A DNA stretch of 64,000 nt. Origin: the human T2T-CHM13v2.0 reference genome, Homo sapiens. This document shows, piece after piece, positions 1 through 11,917 of the stretch. Made by a program: the position numbers and the translations under genes. Under the pieces are notes generated by a model. That model ran no database searches. It was not told the DNA's origin and was given only the letters and a program-made list of their open reading frames with translations. Position 1 is the first letter of the stretch. Every line of letters begins with the position of its first letter. The DNA lies in the NCBI RefSeq assembly GCF_009914755.1, contig NC_060948.1; one strand, 5' to 3'.

Positions 1-1280
1 AATGGAATGGAATGGAAAGGAATGGAATCGAATGGAAAGGAATCGAATGGAAGGGAATGAAATTGAATCAACAGGAATGGAAGGGAATAGAATAGACGGT
101 AATGGAATGGACTCGAATAGAATGGACACGAATGCTCAAATTGAATGGATTCGAATGGAATGGAAACGAAAGGAATGTCATCGAATGGAATTGAATCGAT
201 TGGAATGAAATCGCATAGAATGGAGTGGAATCAAATGGAATTGAATCGAAAGGAAAGGAAGCGAATGGACTGAAATGAAATGGAATGGAATTGAATGGAA
301 AGTAATGCAATGGAATAGAATGGAACGAAATTTCACGGAATGGAATCAAACTGAATGGAATCAAATCAATGGAATCTAATCAAATGGAATGGAAAGGAAT
401 TGAATGGAGTAGATTGGATTGGATGGGATTGGAATGAAATGTACTGGAAAGGACTCGAATTTCATGAAACGGAATGGAATGAATTGGAACGGAATGGACT
501 CGAATGGAATGGAATGTCATGGAATGGCATCGAATGGAATGGCATCAAATGGAATGGAATCGAATGCAATGGAATGTTATGGAATGGAATGGAATGCATT
601 GGAATGGAATGTCCTCTAATGGAATGGATTCGAGTGGAATGGAATCGAATATAATGGAGTCGAATGAAATGGAATTGAAAGGAATGGGATCGAATAGAAT
701 GGAATATACTGGAATGTAATGTAATGAACACGAATGTAATTGACTGGAATGGAATGTACATGAATGGAAGGTAATCGAATGGAAAGTAATCCAATGGAAT
801 AGAATCTAATGCAATAAAACCGAATCAGATAGAGTAGAATGTAATGGAATGGAGTGCAGTGCAATGGAATGGAATGGAATTGAATGCAATGGAATGGAAT
901 GGAATGGAATGGAATGGAATGGAATGGTATGGAAAGGATAGTAATGGACTGGAGTGAAATGGACTGGAAAGGAATGGACTCAAATTGAAAGGGCTCGAAA
1001 GGAATGGAGTCAAATGGAATGGTCTGGAATGGAATGAACACGAATGTAATGCAATCCAATAGAATGGAATCGAATGGCATGGAATATAAAGAAATGGAAT
1101 CGAAGAGAATGGAAACAAATGGAATGGAATTGAATGGAATGGAATTGAATGGAATGGGAACGAATGGAGTGAAATTGTATGCAGTAGAAGGGAATAGAAT
1201 GGAATGCAAGCGAAAGGAAAGGAATGGATTGGAATGGAATGGAATTCATTGGAATGGAAGGGAATGTAGTGTAATGGACA
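1..1280. repeat. DYZ1: Partial DYZ1 unit (U0)
   Basis: Matches the last ~1.28 kb of the following units; variable tract n=7. Confidence 0.92.
891..925 (+). repeat. Variable pure (GGAAT)n microsatellite tract within the unit (first copy, n=7)
   Basis: Lies between ...GCAAT and GGTAT/GGTGT in every unit; 5-12 pentamers long; longest pure run is (GGAAT)12 at 39957-40016. Confidence 0.93.
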
Positions 1281-1298
1281 GGCCTGGAATAAAGTGGA
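1145..1298. other. Classical 154 bp DYZ1 PCR sexing amplicon (first copy; recurs once per unit)
   Basis: TTGAATGGAATGGGAACGAATGG at 1145-1167 and GGACAGGCCTGGAATAAAGTGGA at 1276-1298 (reverse complement TCCACTTTATTCCAGGCCTGTCC) match the Y1.2/Y1.1 primers as I recall them; contains EcoRI GAATTC at 1242-1247. Confidence 0.85.
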
Positions 1299-1655
1299 AT
1301 GCTACGGTCTCGAATGGAATAAAAATGTATGGAATGGAATGCAATGAAACGGAATCGAATGTCATAGAATGTAATGGAATGCAAAAAAATGGAATCCAAA
1401 ATCATTGACTGGAAAGGCTGGGTGTCGAAAGGAATTGACTCCAATGGAATGGAATCGAATGGAATGGAAGTGAATAGAATCGAACTAAATCGAATGGAAT
1501 GGAATTGATAGGAACGGAATGGAAAGGAATGCAATGATTTGGCATGGAATGGAATCGAATGGCATCGAATGGAATGGAATGGAATGCAATGGAATGGAAT
1601 GTATTAGAATGTAATGAACTTTAATGGAATGTACTCGAATGGATTCGACTGGAAT

Positions 1656-1670
1656 GGAATGTTCTGGAAG
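1656..1670. promoter_or_regulatory. Perfect heat-shock element motif A (nGAAnnTTCnnGAAn), once per unit
   Basis: gGAAtgTTCtgGAAg; motif match only, binding not shown by the sequence. Confidence 0.5.
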
Positions 1671-1935
1671 TGAATGGACTCCAATGGAATGGATTCAAAA
1701 GGAATGGAATCGTACGGAATGGAATCTAATGGAATGGAATTAAATGGAAATGAATCAAATTGAATAGCACGGAATTGAATTGAATGGAATGGAATGCAAT
1801 GGAATCTAATGAAACGGAAAGGAAAGGAATGGAATGGAATGGAATGGGCTGGAATGGAAAGGAATCGAAACGAATGGAATGGAATCGAACTGAAGAGACT
1901 GGAATGGAATGCACTGGAATGGAAGGGAGTGTAAT

Positions 1936-1950
1936 GGAAGGTTCTCGAAA
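1936..1950. promoter_or_regulatory. Perfect heat-shock element motif B, once per unit
   Basis: gGAAggTTCtcGAAa; motif match only. Confidence 0.5.
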
Positions 1951-2961
1951 AAAATGGAATCGAATGGAATGGAATTGAATGGAACGGAATAGAGTCGAAT
2001 GGAATTGAATGGAATGGAATGGACTAGAGTGAAATGGAATCGAACCACAAGGAATGGACAGGAATAGAATGGTCTCGAATTGAATGGAATCGTATGGAAT
2101 GGCATCAAACGGAATGGAATGGACAGCCACGGAATGGAATGCACTCGAATGCAATGGAGTCGAAACTAATGGACTGGAATAGAATGGACTCGACTGGTAC
2201 GGACTCCAATGGAATGGAATCGAATGGAAGGGAATCGAACGGAATGGACTCGAAGGGAAAAGACTGCAATGGAAAGGTCTCGAATGGAATGGAAATTAAT
2301 GGAATGGAATGGAATCGAATGAAATGGAGTCAAAAGGAATGGAATCGAATGGCAAGAAATCGAATGTAATGGAATCGCAAGGAATTGATGTGAACGGAAC
2401 GGAATGGAATGGAATCCAAAGGAATGGAATAGAATGGAATGGAATCGAATGGAAAGGACTCGAATGGAAATCACTCGAATAGAATGCAATTTAATAAAAT
2501 AGGATCAAATGTAATGGAATGGAATGGAAAGGAATCGAAACGAAAGGAATGGAGACAGATGGAATGGAATGGAACAGAGAGCAATGGTATAGAATGGAAT
2601 GGAATCATCTGGAATGGAATTGAATGGAATGGAATAATATGAAATGGAATGGAATGGAATGGAATGGAATGCCCTTGAATTAAATGGACTGGAATGGAAT
2701 GGACTCGAACAGAGTGGAATGGAAAGTGTTGAGATAGAATGGAATGGACTCCTTTGGAATGGTCTAGTATGCAATGCAATCGACTGTCAGGGAATCAAAA
2801 GGAATGTAATCGAATGGATTGGACTGGAATGCAATGGACTCGAATAGATTGGAAACGGAATGCAAAGGAATGGAATGGAATAGTATGGAATGGAATGGAA
2901 AGGAATGGAGTGGAATAGACTAGAGTGGAATGGAATGGACTGGAAAGCAATGGACTGGAAT

Positions 2962-2976
2962 GGAACTTTCTTGAAT
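2962..2976. promoter_or_regulatory. Perfect heat-shock element motif C, once per unit
   Basis: gGAActTTCttGAAt; motif match only. Confidence 0.5.
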
Positions 2977-4819
2977 GGACTGGAATCAAACGGAATGGAA
3001 TGCAATGCAATCAAATGGCATGGAATAAAATAGAATGAAAGAGAATCAAATGGAATTGAATCGAATGGAATCGAATGGATTGTAAAGGAATAGAATGGAA
3101 TGGAATGGAATTGACTCAAATGGAATGGACTAGAATGGAATGGATTCGAATGGAAGGCAAAGGAATGGAATCTATTGGAATGGACTGTAATGGAATGGAA
3201 TGGAAGGGATTGGAATGGACTCGAATGGAATGGACTGCAATAGAAAGGATTCGAATGGAATGAAAAAGAATTGAATGGAATAGAACAGAATGGAATCAAA
3301 TCGAATGAAATGGAATGGAATAGAAAGGAATGGAATGAAATGGAATGGAAAGGATTCGAATGGAATGCAATCGAATGGAATGGAATCGAACGGAATGGAA
3401 TAAAATGGAAGAAAACTGGCAAGAAATGGAATCGAAATGAATGGAGTGTTATGGAACGGACTCAAAAGGAATTGAATGTAATAGAATGGAGTGGAGTGGA
3501 CTCGAATATAATGGACTGGAATGGAATGAAATCACATGGAATGGGAACGAATGGAATGGAATGGAAAGGAATGGAATCGAATGGAAAGGAATCGAATGGA
3601 AGGGAATGAAATTGAATCAACAGGAATGGAAGGGAATAGAATAGACGGTAATGGAATGGACTCGAATAGAATGGACACGAATGCTCAAATTGAATGGATT
3701 CGAATGGAATGGAAACGAAAGGAATGTCATCGAATGGAATTGAATCGATTGGAATGAAATCGCATAGAATGGAGTGGAATCAAATGGAATTGAATCGAAA
3801 GGAAAGGAAGCGAATGGACTGAAATGAAATGGAATGGAATTGAATGGAAAGTAATGCAATGGAATAGAATGGAACGAAATTTCACGGAATGGAATCAAAC
3901 TGAATGGAATCAAATCAATGGAATCTAATCAAATGGAATGGAAAGGAATTGAATGGAGTAGATTGGATTGGATGGGATTGGAATGAAATGTACTGGAAAG
4001 GACTCGAATTTCATGAAACGGAATGGAATGAATTGGAACGGAATGGACTCGAATGGAATGGAATGTCATGGAATGGCATCGAATGGAATGGCATCAAATG
4101 GAATGGAATCGAATGCAATGGAATGTTATGGAATGGAATGGAATGCATTGGAATGGAATGTCCTCTAATGGAATGGATTCGAGTGGAATGGAATCGAATA
4201 TAATGGAGTCGAATGAAATGGAATTGAAAGGAATGGGATCGAATAGAATGGAATATACTGGAATGTAATGTAATGAACACGAATGTAATTGACTGGAATG
4301 GAATGTACATGAATGGAAGGTAATCGAATGGAAAGTAATCCAATGGAATAGAATCTAATGCAATAAAACCGAATCAGATAGAGTAGAATGTAATGGAATG
4401 GAGTGCAGTGCAATGGAATGGAATGGAATTGAATGCAATGGAATGGAATGGAATGGAATGGAATGGTATGGAATGGATAGTAATGGACTGGAGTGAAATG
4501 GACTGGAAAGGAATGGACTCAAATTGAAAGGGCTCGAAAGGAATGGAGTCAAATGGAATGGTCTGGAATGGAATGAACACGAATGTAATGCAATCCAATA
4601 GAATGGAATCGAATGGCATGGAATATAAAGAAATGGAATCGAAGAGAATGGAAACAAATGGAATGGAATTGAATGGAATGGAATTGAATGGAATGGGAAC
4701 GAATGGAGTGAAATTGTATGCAGTAGAAGGGAATAGAATGGAATGCAAGCGAAAGGAAAGGAATGGATTGGAATGGAATGGAATTCATTGGAATGGAAGG
4801 GAATGTAGTGTAATGGACA

Positions 4820-7800
4820 GGCCTGGAATAAAGTGGAATGCTACGGTCTCGAATGGAATAAAAATGTATGGAATGGAATGCAATGAAACGGAATCGAATG
4901 TCATAGAATGTAATGGAATGCAACAAAATGGAATCCAAAATCATTGACTGGAAAGGCTGGGTGTCGAAAGGAATTGACTCCAATGGAATGGAATCGAATG
5001 GAATGGAAGTGAATAGAATCGAACTAAATCGAATGGAATGGAATTGATAGGAACGGAATGGAAAGGAATGCAATGATTTGGCATGGAATGGAATCGAATG
5101 GCATCGAATGGAATGGAATGGAATGCAATGGAATGGAATGTATTAGAATGGAATGAACTTTAATGGAATGTACTCGAATGGATTCGACTGGAATGGAATG
5201 TTCTGGAAGTGAATGGACTCCAATGGAATGGATTCAAAAGGAATGGAATCGTACGGAATGGAATCTAATGGAATGGAATTAAATGGAAATGAATCAAATT
5301 GAATAGCACGGAATTGAATTGAATGGAATGGAATGCAATGGAATCTAATGAAACGGAAAGGAAAGGAATGGAATGGAATGGAATGGGCTGGAATGGAAAG
5401 GAATCGAAACGAATGGAATGGAATCGAAGTGAAGAGACTGGAATGGAATGCACTGGAATGGAAGGGAGTGTAATGGAAGGTTCTCGAAAAAAATGGAATC
5501 GAATGGAATGGAATTGAATGGAACGGAATAGAGTCGAATGGAATTGAATGGAATGGAATGGACTAGAGTGAAATGGAATCGAACCACAAGGAATGGACAG
5601 GAATAGAATGGTCTCGAATTGAATGGAATCGTATGGAATGGCATCAAACGGAATGGAATGGACAGCCACGGAATGGAATGCACTCGAATGCAATGGAGTC
5701 GAAACTAATGGACTGGAATAGAATGGACTCGACTGGTACGGACTCCAATGGAATGGAATCGAATGGAAGGGAATCGAACGGAATGGACTCGAAGGGAAAA
5801 GACTGCAATGGAAAGGTCTCGAATGGAATGGAAATTAATGGAATGGAATGGAATCGAATGAAATGGAGTCAAAAGGAATGGAATCGAATGGCAAGAAATC
5901 GAATGTAATGGAATCGCAAGGAATTGATGTGAACGGAACGGAATGGAATGGAATCCAAAGGAATGGAATAGAATGGAATGGAATCGAATGGAAAGGACTC
6001 GAATGGAAATCACTCGAATAGAATGCAATTTAATAAAATAGGATCAAATGTAATGGAATGGAATGGAAAGGAATCGAAACGAAAGGAATGGAGACAGATG
6101 GAATGGAATGGAACAGAGAGCAATGGTATAGAATGGAATGGAATCATCTGGAATGGAATTGAATGGAATGGAATAATATGAAATGGAATGGAATGGAATG
6201 GAATGGAATGCCCTTGAATTAAATGGACTGGAATGGAATGGACTCGAACAGAGTGGAATGGAAAGTGTTGAGATAGAATGGAATGGACTCCTTTGGAATG
6301 GTCTAGTATGCAATGCAATCGACTGTCAGGGAATCAAAAGGAATGTAATCGAATGGATTGGACTGGAATGCAATGGACTCGAATAGATTGGAAACGGAAT
6401 GCAAAGGAATGGAATGGAATAGTATGGAATGGAATGGAAAGGAATGGAGTGGAATAGACTAGAGTGGAATGGAATGGACTGGAAAGCAATGGACTGGAAT
6501 GGAACTTTCTTGAATGGACTGGAATCAAACGGAATGGAATGCAATGCAATCAAATGGCATGGAATAAAATAGAATGAAAGAGAATCAAATGGAATTGAAT
6601 CGAATGGAATCGAATGGATTGTAAAGGAATAGAATGGAATGGAATGGAATTGACTCAAATGGAATGGACTAGAATGGAATGGATTCGAATGGAAGGCAAA
6701 GGAATGGAATCTATTGGAATGGACTGTAATGGAATGGAATGGAAGGGATTGGAATGGACTCGAATGGAATGGACTGCAATAGAAAGGATTCGAATGGAAT
6801 GAAAAAGAATTGAATGGAATAGAACAGAATGGAATCAAATCGAATGAAATGGAATGGAATAGAAAGGAATGGAATGAAATGGAATGGAAAGGATTCGAAT
6901 GGAATGCAATCGAATGGAATGGAATCGAACGGAATGGAATAAAATGGAAGAAAACTGGCAAGAAATGGAATCGAAATGAATGGAGTGTTATGGAACGGAC
7001 TCAAAAGGAATTGAATGTAATAGAATGGAGTGGAGTGGACTCGAATATAATGGACTGGAATGGAATGAAATCACATGGAATGGGAACGAATGGAATGGAA
7101 TGGAAAGGAATGGAATCGAATGGAAAGGAATCGAATGGAAGGGAATGAAATTGAATCAACAGGAATGGAAGGGAATAGAATAGACGGTAATGGAATGGAC
7201 TCGAATAGAATGGACACGAATGCTCAAATTGAATGGATTCGAATGGAATGGAAACGAAAGGAATGTCATCGAATGGAATTGAATCGATTGGAATGAAATC
7301 GCATAGAATGGAGTGGAATCAAATGGAATTGAATCGAAAGGAAAGGAAGCGAATGGACTGAAATGAAATGGAATGGAATTGAATGGAAAGTAATGCAATG
7401 GAATAGAATGGAACGAAATTTCACGGAATGGAATCAAACTGAATGGAATCAAATCAATGGAATCTAATCAAATGGAATGGAAAGGAATTGAATGGAGTAG
7501 ATTGGATTGGATGGGATTGGAATGAAATGTACTGGAAAGGACTCGAATTTCATGAAACGGAATGGAATGAATTGGAACGGAATGGACTCGAATGGAATGG
7601 AATGTCATGGAATGGCATCGAATGGAATGGCATCAAATGGAATGGAATCGAATGCAATGGAATGTTATGGAATGGAATGGAATGCATTGGAATGGAATGT
7701 CCTCTAATGGAATGGATTCGAGTGGAATGGAATCGAATATAATGGAGTCGAATGAAATGGAATTGAAAGGAATGGGATCGAATAGAATGGAATATACTGG

Positions 7801-8363
7801 AATGTAATGTAATGAACACGAATGTAATTGACTGGAATGGAATGTACATGAATGGAAGGTAATCGAATGGAAAGTAATCCAATGGAATAGAATCTAATGC
7901 AATAAAACCGAATCAGATAGAGTAGAATGTAATGGAATGGAGTGCAGTGCAATGGAATGGAATGGAATTGAATGCAATGGAATGGAATGGAATGGAATGG
8001 AATGGAATGGTATGGAATGGATAGTAATGGACTGGAGTGAAATGGACTGGAAAGGAATGGACTCAAATTGAAAGGGCTCGAAAGGAATGGAGTCAAATGG
8101 AATGGTCTGGAATGGAATGAACACGAATGTAATGCAATCCAATAGAATGGAATCGAATGGCATGGAATATAAAGAAATGGAATCGAAGAGAATGGAAACA
8201 AATGGAATGGAATTGAATGGAATGGAATTGAATGGAATGGGAACGAATGGAGTGAAATTGTATGCAGTAGAAGGGAATAGAATGGAATGCAAGCGAAAGG
8301 AAAGGAATGGATTGGAATGGAATGGAATTCATTGGAATGGAAGGGAATGTAGTGTAATGGACA
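4820..8363. repeat. DYZ1: DYZ1 unit U2, 3544 bp
   Basis: Anchor to anchor; tract n=6. Confidence 0.93.
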
Positions 8364-11300
8364 GGCCTGGAATAAAGTGGAATGCTACGGTCTCGAATGG
8401 AATAAAAATGTATGGAATGGAATGCAATGAAACGGAATCGAATGTCATAGAATGTAATGGAATGCAACAAAATGGAATCCAAAATCATTGACTGGAAAGG
8501 CTGGGTGTCGAAAGGAATTGACTCCAATGGAATGGAATCGAATGGAATGGAAGTGAATAGAATCGAACTAAATCGAATGGAATGGAATTGATAGGAACGG
8601 AATGGAAAGGAATGCAATGATTTGGCATGGAATGGAATCGAATGGCATCGAATGGAATGGAATGGAATGCAATGGAATGGAATGTATTAGAATGGAATGA
8701 ACTTTAATGGAATGTACTCGAATGGATTCGACTGGAATGGAATGTTCTGGAAGTGAATGGACTCCAATGGAATGGATTCAAAAGGAATGGAATCGTACGG
8801 AATGGAATCTAATGGAATGGAATTAAATGGAAATGAATCAAATTGAATAGCACGGAATTGAATTGAATGGAATGGAATGCAATGGAATCTAATGAAACGG
8901 AAAGGAAAGGAATGGAATGGAATGGAATGGGCTGGAATGGAAAGGAATCGAAACGAATGGAATGGAATCGAAGTGAAGAGACTGGAATGGAATGCACTGG
9001 AATGGAAGGGAGTGTAATGGAAGGTTCTCGAAAAAAATGGAATCGAATGGAATGGAATTGAATGGAACGGAATAGAGTCGAATGGAATTGAATGGAATGG
9101 AATGGACTAGAGTGAAATGGAATCGAACCACAAGGAATGGACAGGAATAGAATGGTCTCGAATTGAATGGAATCGTATGGAATGGCATCAAACGGAATGG
9201 AATGGACAGCCACGGAATGGAATGCACTCGAATGCAATGGAGTCGAAACTAATGGACTGGAATAGAATGGACTCGACTGGTACGGACTCCAATGGAATGG
9301 AATCGAATGGAAGGGAATCGAACGGAATGGACTCGAAGGGAAAAGACTGCAATGGAAAGGTCTCGAATGGAATGGAAATTAATGGAATGGAATGGAATCG
9401 AATGAAATGGAGTCAAAAGGAATGGAATCGAATGGCAAGAAATCGAATGTAATGGAATCGCAAGGAATTGATGTGAACGGAACGGAATGGAATGGAATCC
9501 AAAGGAATGGAATAGAATGGAATGGAATCGAATGGAAAGGACTCGAATGGAAATCACTCGAATAGAATGCAATTTAATAAAATAGGATCAAATGTAATGG
9601 AATGGAATGGAAAGGAATCGAAACGAAAGGAATGGAGACAGATGGAATGGAATGGAACAGAGAGCAATGGTATAGAATGGAATGGAATCATCTGGAATGG
9701 AATTGAATGGAATGGAATAATATGAAATGGAATGGAATGGAATGGAATGGAATGCCCTTGAATTAAATGGACTGGAATGGAATGGACTCGAACAGAGTGG
9801 AATGGAAAGTGTTGAGATAGAATGGAATGGACTCCTTTGGAATGGTCTAGTATGCAATGCAATCGACTGTCAGGGAATCAAAAGGAATGTAATCGAATGG
9901 ATTGGACTGGAATGCAATGGACTCGAATAGATTGGAAACGGAATGCAAAGGAATGGAATGGAATAGTATGGAATGGAATGGAAAGGAATGGAGTGGAATA
10001 GACTAGAGTGGAATGGAATGGACTGGAAAGCAATGGACTGGAATGGAACTTTCTTGAATGGACTGGAATCAAACGGAATGGAATGCAATGCAATCAAATG
10101 GCATGGAATAAAATAGAATGAAAGAGAATCAAATGGAATTGAATCGAATGGAATCGAATGGATTGTAAAGGAATAGAATGGAATGGAATGGAATTGACTC
10201 AAATGGAATGGACTAGAATGGAATGGATTCGAATGGAAGGCAAAGGAATGGAATCTATTGGAATGGACTGTAATGGAATGGAATGGAAGGGATTGGAATG
10301 GACTCGAATGGAATGGACTGCAATAGAAAGGATTCGAATGGAATGAAAAAGAATTGAATGGAATAGAACAGAATGGAATCAAATCGAATGAAATGGAATG
10401 GAATAGAAAGGAATGGAATGAAATGGAATGGAAAGGATTCGAATGGAATGCAATCGAATGGAATGGAATCGAACGGAATGGAATAAAATGGAAGAAAACT
10501 GGCAAGAAATGGAATCGAAATGAATGGAGTGTTATGGAACGGACTCAAAAGGAATTGAATGTAATAGAATGGAGTGGAGTGGACTCGAATATAATGGACT
10601 GGAATGGAATGAAATCACATGGAATGGGAACGAATGGAATGGAATGGAAAGGAATGGAATCGAATGGAAAGGAATCGAATGGAAGGGAATGAAATTGAAT
10701 CAACAGGAATGGAAGGGAATAGAATAGACGGTAATGGAATGGACTCGAATAGAATGGACACGAATGCTCAAATTGAATGGATTCGAATGGAATGGAAACG
10801 AAAGGAATGTCATCGAATGGAATTGAATCGATTGGAATGAAATCGCATAGAATGGAGTGGAATCAAATGGAATTGAATCGAAAGGAAAGGAAGCGAATGG
10901 ACTGAAATGAAATGGAATGGAATTGAATGGAAAGTAATGCAATGGAATAGAATGGAACGAAATTTCACGGAATGGAATCAAACTGAATGGAATCAAATCA
11001 ATGGAATCTAATCAAATGGAATGGAAAGGAATTGAATGGAGTAGATTGGATTGGATGGGATTGGAATGAAATGTACTGGAAAGGACTCGAATTTCATGAA
11101 ACGGAATGGAATGAATTGGAACGGAATGGACTCGAATGGAATGGAATGTCATGGAATGGCATCGAATGGAATGGCATCAAATGGAATGGAATCGAATGCA
11201 ATGGAATGTTATGGAATGGAATGGAATGCATTGGAATGGAATGTCCTCTAATGGAATGGATTCGAGTGGAATGGAATCGAATATAATGGAGTCGAATGAA

Positions 11301-11917
11301 ATGGAATTGAAAGGAATGGGATCGAATAGAATGGAATATACTGGAATGTAATGTAATGAACACGAATGTAATTGACTGGAATGGAATGTACATGAATGGA
11401 AGGTAATCGAATGGAAAGTAATCCAATGGAATAGAATCTAATGCAATAAAACCGAATCAGATAGAGTAGAATGTAATGGAATGGAGTGCAGTGCAATGGA
11501 ATGGAATGGAATTGAATGCAATGGAATGGAATGGAATGGAATGGAATGGAATGGAATGGAATGGTATGGAAAGGATAGTAATGGACTGGAGTGAAATGGA
11601 CTGGAAAGGAATGGACTCAAATTGAAAGGGCTCGAAAGGAATGGAGTCAAATGGAATGGTCTGGAATGGAATGAACACGAATGTAATGCAATCCAATAGA
11701 ATGGAATCGAATGGCATGGAATATAAAGAAATGGAATCGAAGAGAATGGAAACAAATGGAATGGAATTGAATGGAATGGAATTGAATGGAATGGGAACGA
11801 ATGGAGTGAAATTGTATGCAGTAGAAGGGAATAGAATGGAATGCAAGCGAAAGGAAAGGAATGGATTGGAATGGAATGGAATTCATTGGAATGGAAGGGA
11901 ATGTAGTGTAATGGACA
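8364..11917. repeat. DYZ1: DYZ1 unit U3, 3554 bp
   Basis: Anchor to anchor; tract n=8. Confidence 0.93.

Larger units (their letters stand above)
1281..4819. repeat. DYZ1: DYZ1 unit U1, 3539 bp
   Basis: GGCC anchor to next anchor; tract n=5. Confidence 0.93.

Noticed and set aside
372-382. GAATCTAATCA resembling the DUX4 motif
   Set aside because: Mismatch at the first conserved T, and the position varies among copies (CAAAT, ATAAT, CCAAT).
326-470. Further HSE-like motifs GAAATTTCACGGAA (327) and GAATTTCATGAA (457)
   Set aside because: Only two correctly spaced units each; the third is off by one base.
813-3404. AATAAA hexamers (813, 1288, 1318, 2493, 3024, 3399) as polyadenylation signals for a satellite ncRNA
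   Set aside because: Easily generated from GGAAT followed by an A-rich pentamer; no clear downstream GU/U-rich element. DYZ1 transcripts have been reported, but no transcript boundaries can be inferred from this sequence.
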